Shown: positions 54,981-64,000 of the stretch, in pieces | Position numbering within the stretch: position 1 is the stretch's first letter | Layout: each line of letters opens with the position of its first letter | NCBI GenBank assembly: GCA_046563655.1 | Contig: CM102290.1 | Coordinates: 8,928,001 to 8,992,000, forward strand | Direction: 5' to 3' | Length of the DNA: 64,000 nt | Source of the DNA: Yuukianura sp. NJ FZ-2021 | Lineage: Eukaryota | Program-made: the position numbers and the translations under genes | The notes under the pieces: model-generated | What the model saw: the letters and a program-made list of their open reading frames with translations, nothing else | What the model was told of the DNA's origin: nothing | Databases searched by the model: none

Positions 54981-56676
54981 TTAACATCCTGGAAGCACTG
55001 GCACAATCTCTACTTTGCCAGTGACGAGCTTATGGCGAATGAAGAAAGCGGCGATACTGTGTGCCACTTCGGATGGAGAGTCTTCCTGAATCGCATGACC
55101 AACATTCGGAAATACTTGCATTTGGAACTTCCCTTGCATTTGACCGACAGTGAGATCGCGATCCAAGCGATCTACACCAGCTAACAGCAGAAGTTTAGGA
55201 CATGGTAGTTGAAGAAATCTACAAATTGTAAAGAAGAGTGAATTACGACCAGCCATAAACATTTTTCTACAAACTTGTTTACGAATCTTATACATTTGTT
55301 AGCATTCTTACTTCTTTGACAGGCCTTCAAACCACTCAGTCCAATAGGGTTGAGTAAGGTTGAGATCAATGCGCCATGTAAAACTTTCAAGCTAGAATGA
55401 TGTTAAAAAAGGTTGCTAATTGTTTCTACTGATGCATACTGGTAATTAAAATAATTATGAATATAAGTAGAGTTTAAAAAAAAGAAAACGTACATTAGGA
55501 TGTGGCACTGGCTTTGGCTTAGGGAAAGCGATTTCTGGTGACGGTTCCGATTCCTCGCTTTCACCTTCTTCTACAATCACATCACCACGAAGAGGAAGCG
55601 CTGACGGTACCTCAGGTTCGGGTGAAGTACTGCTTGGTTGGCCTTCAACGGGTTGATGGCTTACGTGTGAGTTTGTTGAGGATTCGACTACTGTGCTATT
55701 GGAAGGTAAAGGCTGGAGCTTAATTGTGGCAGGCTCATTTGTACGTGCGTTTTTCAGTTGACCCGGCATAGAGACCCGTGCTGACTCAATATTTCGGATT
55801 TGGCCCGATTTGACGCTACAACAGATGATTGCATATTTAATTTGGTATGATCAACAGATGATAGTAAACTTTAATACTACTTCACTTACCACCATTCGAT
55901 TGCTTTGTTAATGCTAGGGAAAGCAAGTGGTCGACCACGAAGAACAAGATTCATTGTCGTTAGAGATTCCAGGGCTGATCCTTCTACGACATCAATCACG
56001 ACTACTCCAATCACTTTGAATTCTCCAGGGGGTTCCATAGTGGAAGCAAAGTGAACTGCTAGAGCACCACCGAGAGAATGGCCCACCAAAATTATTGGAT
56101 GATCGTTTTCTCCAGAAACTTCTCTCATGACATCCAGCAAGTCTCTATAAATATATGCAAAAATTGATTAACCTCGTCGTTTAGCATATAAAACTGTCAG
56201 TTTTCCAAAGATTACTTACCTCACAAGCTGGTCTTTGTTGAGGTCGTAGTCTGAAGCGGTTGTAGTCTCACCATGACCTCGCAAATCTACAGCGACTACT
56301 TCGCACTCCACAAGGTCCAGTATACTCTTTGCCATCAGAGACCAAGTGAGCGCTGAAAATCCACCGCCGTGAAGAAAATAAATGACTGGACGAAACGGAT
56401 CCGCCGTATTGGAAGAGCGATACACGCAAAACTTGGCTCCTTTTCGAGCGTTTACGACTTGTTTCGTTTGAAAATATTTTGACCAAGGGACAGGACTGAA
56501 ATCACGGGCCATGAGGACGTTGCTTCCACTGCAAACAAGATTCAATTTACAGACAGATCTGTAGTTAAGGTAAATCTATTGACTGTAAAGTGGTTAAATA
56601 TCTACCTGGAGGTTCCAGTACGAGGAGTCAATGGGAGGGGGAAACGTCGCATGATTGACTTTTCCAAACTTGACAT
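54981..56676 (-). CDS. PPME1: Protein phosphatase methylesterase 1
   Basis: Motifs: RDFSPVPWSKYF; LHGGGFSALTW; DLRGHGET; VGHSLGGALAV; IDVVEGSALE; SARVSMPGQL; PKLLLLAGVDRLDRDLTVGQMQGKFQMQVF..GHAIQEDSP; ends PGC*. Confidence 0.96.
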
Positions 56677-57545
56677 CAATCGGTATCGGTTACGATTGCA
56701 GTTTAACACGGAAGAACAGTCTGCAGCATTTGCAATTAGTTAAGCTCCAAGACAAATTGACTGAATTGGACAGGATCCCGAACGACAGAGCGAACGACTG
56801 ACAACGAAAATCTTCCTCCACAGAGACGAGATTAGGGAAAATAGAAAGATTTCTGCCGTGCCCGCTTTGCGTTTTGTTTTTCTCAATTGGCAAACGAAGT
56901 GTCTGTTGCTATGACACTAGCGACAATAGTCTGACCAATTATTTTATCATAATCAGAGGTCAATTTTTATACGAGTTGCTCCACATTCCTGTTATAGCGG
57001 TGTGGTTGGGAAGTTTTTATTTTTCTGATGGAAAATTATAACATTAAAAGGTTCATGCATGGTTATTTGCTCTTGCGCAGTAAGAGTAGTGACCCATGTT
57101 ACGAGTTTTAGCTGTAGTTTAACGTTAATAATTAAGCGTTCTGCTAAATCCTAAACAGATGTGGTGGTGAAGTTCATGGTAATGTGTTGGAATGTTTACA
57201 TTTAGTTTAAAAGGAAAGGCACGAGAGAGGCTGTTTTAAAGAGGCCATCTCTTCCGGAAGTTAGTTTGCTAAAAGTTATCACAAAATATGTTAGATTTGA
57301 TTGTTTGGAATATTTTGATCGTTATTTCTCCTAAATACTAATCCTAATGGAAGAGCACAGTAGTTGGAAGGAATCCCATTGATAACAATTGCGATTAGGT
57401 AACAATTTCTAAACTACAATTATAGAAAAAAGGAAGCTACGATTCCATAATACGCAGAAACTTCTCGATGGAACGGCGGTATTTCGTTAGTTTCTGTGGT
57501 GTAACGTGTCATGTGCTGCTGGAGTGCTGGAGCCATACAACATTT

Positions 57546-60500
57546 TCATAAGTATTGGTGCTTCGAAGTTGACCGCGAAGAGGCTTGTTTCCCATTCAAG
57601 CTCAGATTGGATGTTCCTATGACAAGTTGAACACATAAAGTTAACAAAATGCTACAAATGTTGGTATGAAGAATTGAAAATGTCGTCGTACCATGATTGT
57701 CTCCAAGACCACCGCCACGGGGAGGCAAAGTGGGGTCTCTGCTTCCCGAAGAATTGCTGCCACTGGACTCCTCGCTTCCGCGCTTGCTCTGGAAGCCACT
57801 ACTTCCAGAACCCTGACTCTGTGACCTCTCCTTTCCTGAAGATGGCTCCGTCCAATTAGCAAATTTCGTTTTCATATCTTGGAATATTCCAAGGGCTCTG
57901 TTCCGCGTAGATAGCGGAGATGCCGTATTCGTAGAATCTCCACTCTTCATTCTTCGTCTGTAGGATCCTTCGCCGTTGGGTGGTTTTATGCCAGATCCAC
58001 TTCGTGATCCATTGTGTACGGTCGATCCATCGCTATTCTTCAAATCTGATTCACCGCTCGACTCTAACTGTGGATTCGATTTTTTCCCTTTCGTTCTTGG
58101 AGGTGGAATTGGCAATTCTCCGGAGTTGGTGGAATTGTGGTAAATGTGGCCCTTAGGACTACGCATGTCCACTTCGTCTTCTCCTTCAACTCGAAACCCA
58201 CATGACCCGTCATCTGTTCTGCATTGCTCCAGGGTCACATAATCATTTGCATATCTACCACTGTGAAAACCATGACTAGTACTAGATGACGCTGACCCCT
58301 GACCTCCATTTTGCTCTTTCGAACGAAACGAAAAAACAGATTTCTTTCCTGTTCGGTCTTCAGTGTGAAACTGATCGCAAATAGATTCGAGAGAAGTGGG
58401 TTTTTTGAATGTGAAGCAGGAGAGCGTTGACATTCCTGCCAGAGCGTGCGGTGAGTGCGATTGTTCATATTCCGAACGTGACGGGGCTTTGAGCGATCGA
58501 TGATATTTAAGGCTTGGTGATTTCTTTGTTTCTGGGTTCGTTTTAAAATTAATATCAGAAGACGGGTCAACAGTAGTAGGAAATGGCCTGTAAGGCGTCT
58601 TTAGCTCGTCCAGTAGCCCATTAAACTCACTGATTCGATTCTTCACAGTCTGAGAGCTGCCGGCAAATGGAGAGTTCCGGTGGACGGACTGATTAGAGGC
58701 GTCTGCAAATGAGCTGCCACTGTCGTACGTTGGTTGCGGTGATGTTGATGATGAGTGGCCGTTTGCATGTGATGGCCAGATTGGTTCGTAATCCTTGTGT
58801 GTCCTATGCGAAGAAATAAGAGGTTCATCACGATGACTTTCTTTAGTAAGAAGTTTCGAAGTGGCGTAAGGCTGTGGGGAAGGTGTTATGCCTTGGTAAT
58901 TCTGTTCAGTGTCGTTTTGAACTTCTTTCCAAACAGCTTGGCGAAAACTGTTACGCCTTTCTCTCATACCCATCGGTAAGTGATTCCTGTTGACAACGTT
59001 GTTAACTGTTACAGGATTGTTATTTGATATCGTGACGACCGTAGTTCCAGAAAAGTTAGGACGATTCATATCTAAAAGCTCATCTGAATCCGACGGCGTA
59101 CTAGAAAGTGATCCCTTTAACATTGTCGTCGGATTTGTAAGCTGCGGGTTCAGAAGTTGTGGAGAATCCTGGCGGCCATTTTGGGAAATACGTCTATCAA
59201 TAGATTGAGATGGTGTACTTGGTAAAGAATTGGAGCTGTCCGAAGTATATTGTGTACCAGACAACACACTCATAGTACCAAATGGTGCATTAATTTTTGC
59301 CAACAAACCAGAATCCTTCTTGCCAAAGCATGGTCCCGAGTCCAGTTCCACTGGACAATTAGTATAAGCTGCAACTTTAGGTAACCTCCGCCTTGCAACT
59401 GGGTTATCCAGAATAGGAGACAGGGTGGCGTTTTTTAAATCATTCTTTAACAGCGACACGTCAGCCTGAGGTTTTGTTTGTTCCTGATCGCTGCATCCAC
59501 TTTTTAGTTCAGTTTCGGATTTATGTGTGCTTTCATTTGGAAAAATTCTGGTCTTCAGACTTGGGTCTCCATTGGTTGGCTGCCAAACGTGACTGTGGCT
59601 CCTCGTTAGGCATCCAGACGCCATAACCGAGCCAACGAGAATAGCAGACATGGGGGCGATGCAGTCCGTCTCGTTGGCTTTTATGATATCCTTGCTTCGT
59701 TGAGGCTTTGACATTACGTTTTCCAGTGGTTTAGTTTTCTCCTTCATTTGGGAAGTCTCTGGAAAAGTTTGTGTCTTCAAAGGGAGTAACGGTTTGGTAT
59801 GCGTCGATTGAAGCTCATGCTTGAACTGTTCCAGGGATCCGCGCCGGCTACTTTGCTCAACATTTGGTTTCAGAAGCTCGTAGTCATTCTCTACATGTTT
59901 GGAACTGGTACTTGATACACGTTGTAATGTTGGTATTTCTGTTTGCCTTACACAAACTTTTATAGGATTTTGATGTGAAATCCCATTTCCCACCAAATTC
60001 TTATTAACTGGAGACTCTTCCGGATGTATTTTTAAAGACTTGCTGCGCTGGACAGCTGCTGCCGTCTTAACAAGAACTGGAGGCTTGCATTGATTCGTTC
60101 TGAATTCGGTGACTGTTGGACGTTCCAAATCCTCATGTTTAAGTTCCTTCTTTTTTGAGTTGGACAAAACTCCTGAGGAACCTTTAGAGCCAGACAGTGA
60201 CGCTGCGAAAGAATATAAGCGAGAGGACGCTGTAACATCTGATTTTGCTCTGCTTAGGCCATTTATGGTGACATTTGCTTTCTTCGTAAGCTCCTTTGGT
60301 GTTTTCTCGAAGAATGCCTTCAGTTTGCCAATACTTGGCTTTCTCAGAATGAATGCTGCTCGACTGGGACTTACTGAGGGGGGTGATACTTTACTTCCCG
60401 ACGAACTGGAACTGCAGTCAACCGTGTCTTCACCACGAACTTCGTTTACGTATCGTCTGCTGAATTCTTCTTCCAGCTTTAATTTGGGCTTCCCTTCCAC

Positions 60501-62204
60501 TATTGCATTGGACTTAGATACGCTGTCATATGCAGTATGGCCACTCGTCTTAGAAGATGATTCGATTTCCCGTTTTCCTTTCCAAACTGGAATTTTCATG
60601 GATGTCTTTTGTTTCAAGTTGTTGTTCTCCGTTAACGGTTCTATTTTTCGTTTTACAGGGGAAGGAGGCCGAGGAGGAGTAGGACCCTTACATTGGTAAT
60701 CAATGGTTGCGTATGTTGGTTCTTCCAACTCTTGTCTAATTTCTACTGGGAGCCCGTCTTGATCAACATTTGCATATGGATGAGCGTCAATGATTTTTAG
60801 TTGTTCTTGAAATAATTCCTTCACGGCTCGATGTACGAGTATATATTGATCTTTCGTCTGAACCATCGCAATTCGTTGTCTTCGCATCTCACGCACCAAA
60901 TGGAACAGGCTAAAATCTTCAGTTAGTTTCTATCGGAAGAAAAACAGATTTTTTTTTAGAATTCAATATGCCAAGTACTAAGCGCAGTGAGCGCGTTTAG
61001 GTAAGTTCTTATGTTAAGAGTTCTTAAGGTACCCCAAGTCTCAGTAAACCCCAAACATAGTCAATAGCACAAATTGTTCCTGTACGTCCACATCCTGCTG
61101 AGCAGTGAACCAAAACTGGAAGTGTTTCTGACGTCTGACAATCCCGTATTAACCGCACCATGTCAAGTAATGGACGGACTTTTGTAGGCACTCCGTGGTC
61201 CGGCCAAGCAGAATAGTGAAACTGACACACATTTCGTTCCTCTGTTAAAAACATGAAGTTCAAACTTGATCATGAAAGGCAGTTACTGCAGTGTGAAGTA
61301 TTATAATTATTTACCCAATTCGCCATTCCTGTTTGGAAACCGGATTCGCATTGTTCGGACCAAAAAATCTGAACATACTGTTCGGCATTTCTTGAGCCAA
61401 ACCGTAACTTCTCCAAACTCCCTCTCCACTCCGTCTTCCTCAACCCAGTAATTTTCGCATTTGTGCTAATGTAAATTACAACACACAAAATGAAATATAC
61501 AGAATTGTAATAAAAATCAGTTGCATTAACTATGTCCGTACCTTTCCTGATTCTTGTTCCATGCAAGCCATGACTATTACTTGAACTTCACTTTCAACGA
61601 CCATTCTCCAGAAATCGTTGACTGTGTGAGGCAGTGGACCTTGACAAGCAATGTAGGCCAAGGACCCACTTGCTCCACGGATGAAATTGGCATTGACATA
61701 ATCGCTTCCCGGAATATCTCCGACATCAGACAATGTCACACGACTGTAGTCAACTAAAATTGAAAAAAATTGACATTTCAATTCTTCAATTGGAATCATC
61801 ACTGTATGCCTTTTTAGCCAGCAATATGGGCAGTCAAGTTTACATTCGGTAAGTTAATGTTATCTCTTACACGGTAGAATGTCCTTGTAGCGATTCTTTT
61901 TCCGATTTATACTTCGCTCTCCCTCTTTGGATTGATAGTATGAATCTGATTTCAAGCCTTCACTGAATTGCTTTAGTTCCTGTTGACAAAAGTGTTAAAA
62001 TTAACGTCAACCACTTACAAAATCTTATAATGCCCTCCTCCACAAACTTACCTGAAATTCCTGATCGTAGAGGTCGATGTCTCCATTGTGTCGATTTTCG
62101 TAATTGTCAACCAACTTGAGGAAATTCCGGAGAATGGTGCGCAAGGGGACGATGTTCTTCGGAAACGCAGAATTTTCATCCAAATCAGTTTGTTCCATAC
62201 TCAT
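57546..62204 (-). CDS. Non-receptor protein tyrosine phosphatase, PTP-PEST-like (PTPN12/18/22 family)
   Basis: N-terminal PTP domain: [65 protein letters not shown] >1000-aa Ser/Pro-rich disordered tail follows, mostly in one exon. Confidence 0.9.
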
Positions 62205-64000
62205 GTAGCGATGGCTTGTTATAGATTACTTTACCGTATGAAGATATGTCAAACGACGATTGCTTCGATTGAACAGCGCTTAGTTAGTTTAAAAAAATAA
62301 AGTGCTTTAGCAGAAGACACCGTTTACTCAGGAACAACTTGATTTTAGTCCTGTTGATCAATTCAATTCCAGAAAAGGAAATCCAAAGTGTATTTCCAGG
62401 CACAAGGAAGGCACGCGTTGAACGAAAGACTGACGATTGAATTGTTCACAAGGAATGGGAAGTTCTGTTGAGCCGTTGGCTGGAATCGATTAAGTTTGAG
62501 CCTTGACAATGACTTGCTGGGGTGATGTGAAAATGCCTATTTTTACGAATGGTGAGGGTGACGGTTTACTCTGGAAGAAGAGGCGTTGATCGTAGAGTCG
62601 TAGGTGTAGTGATATCTGGAAGATCAATGTCAGTTCTATTAACCGACACTGACAGGAGGCGGCCGCGTGTCCATTGAACATGGAATGTCTCTGTAACTGA
62701 TTGTCTCCTATTAGTTCAAATTGCCAGGTTTATTTTCCATTTGACCTTGAGTGTAACCTTGTAAAGGTCTCTTTTTCAGCAGAGTGCCTATGTCAAATAA
62801 AAAATATACATGTAACGTTATTTCCAAGATGAAATATAAAAAATAAGGAAATAATGAAGTCAAATGTTAGGAATACTTTGAATTACCTTATAAATTGTTG
62901 CACTTGACTTGACACTTGGCCTAGAAGGTTAAGAATATGGAATATAACACTTTTAACTGAATACTGTATGAAATTTCATTGTGACAGATTACGTCATATC
63001 GCTGTAATCACCCAAAACGACGTGACATTCCGGTGAGACAGGAAGCCCTTCCCAAAGCCTATAAGCGAATGTAATGTCAATATAACCAGGGAAATCCTTG
63101 TGACTTTGTTCTAAAAAGATGTTTTTAAGTTGACTGTGTCTCCTCGACTCCCTACGTCTTCTTGATTACTATCAGCAGGAGAAAGAGGCGTATATGATGA
63201 ATGGAGAGTTTGAGAATCCTTTGTTAGTTGGACTAATTGCGGTTGATAATTGGTGTAGTTGGTGCTTAAGTGTTGGTGTGGTGTTGGTGTTTCCTATAAG
63301 AACTAGTAGATGAGTCCCTAGCCCCAAGGCATGAAATGATAGTAAGTAGAGAGTAGAAGTGTTTTACTTGTACATACTTTGTTGTAACCTGTTGCATTTT
63401 CATCTCAATCTGCATCCAATGTAGGAGCATCATGTCCTTCTTCCTAACTTTCACTTTGACCTTACCATCTTAAGCGCATCTTTTAACACTCCCACGAATA
63501 AGATCAGATTCTCACCATTCGTTTTGGTCAGTACTCATCCATAAAGTATGAGCCATCAAGCAACTCCGCCTTAACGTGATTTGCGTACCTGAACCAGCGA
63601 GACTTTCAATAACTAATTGTAAATTAGGTTAGGTTATGAAAACAATAAAATAAACGATTTAGATCAAATCTGGGCTACTTAGGATACTAAACACGGCGTC
63701 TTTCGGATCTTTGGCCTTGAATGAAATGAAATGAATTTTGAATGCATTTTGAAATGAAGAAACGCGACCATTGTAATCATTTAGGTAGGTTTGGCGAACT
63801 TACCAATTTGACTAAAAGTTGTAAGAAAAATGAAATGGGAAATAATAATTAGGATGCGTTAACTGCAGAAGTTCAAATTAAGGTTGATGGGAATCCGTGA
63901 AATTGGCATAAATGCTGTTGCATAGCATTTGTTTGGACGGGATAAATCTGAACCTGTCACAAGATCATTTTGAGAAATGCTGGGTATTACCCACCCAGTG

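Noticed and set aside
60109..60699. 196-aa antisense ORF inside the PTP exon, and similar shadow ORFs elsewhere
   Set aside because: These are antisense or alternative-frame shadows of real exons, with no recognisable motifs.
63622..63640. TTAGG repeats (arthropod telomere motif)
   Set aside because: Only 2-3 copies, and similar short runs occur elsewhere (5741, 42306); not a telomeric array.

Overview
This is eukaryotic, intron-rich DNA (GT-AG introns, mostly about 60-100 nt) from a compact animal genome. An arthropod is the best guess from the protein similarities and TCAGT initiator motifs; a springtail-like hexapod is possible but cannot be established here. About 9 kb of non-coding and TE-relic DNA comes first. 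Fifteen spliced genes follow: LDB/Chip (+), a filamin+NHL protein of TRIM71/LIN-41 type with no RING, B-box or coiled coil (+), a copine (+), RUNDC1 (+), IDH3 gamma (-), DNAJC2 (+), an orphan ORF (-), a FAM173/ATPSCKMT methyltransferase (-), a very long divergent SNAPC3-like protein (+), an apolipoprotein-L-like protein (+), DDX56 (-), DHX15 (+), cytosolic thiolase ACAT2 (+), PPME1 (-) and a PTP-PEST-like phosphatase (-). At least four non-autonomous DNA transposons/MITEs are visible. The most unusual locus is the GC-rich cassette at about 13.1-15.2 kb: a TATA promoter, an ATG-free leader with about 10 copies of a GACCGGGACA motif, and a stand-alone LIN-41-type RNA-binding domain. The giant SNAPC3-like protein, a possible non-AUG start in LDB/Chip, a copine C2B domain without its Ca2+ ligands and a single-SANT DNAJC2 also merit checking. 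All family calls come from recalled motifs, not database searches, and exon boundaries were read by eye.
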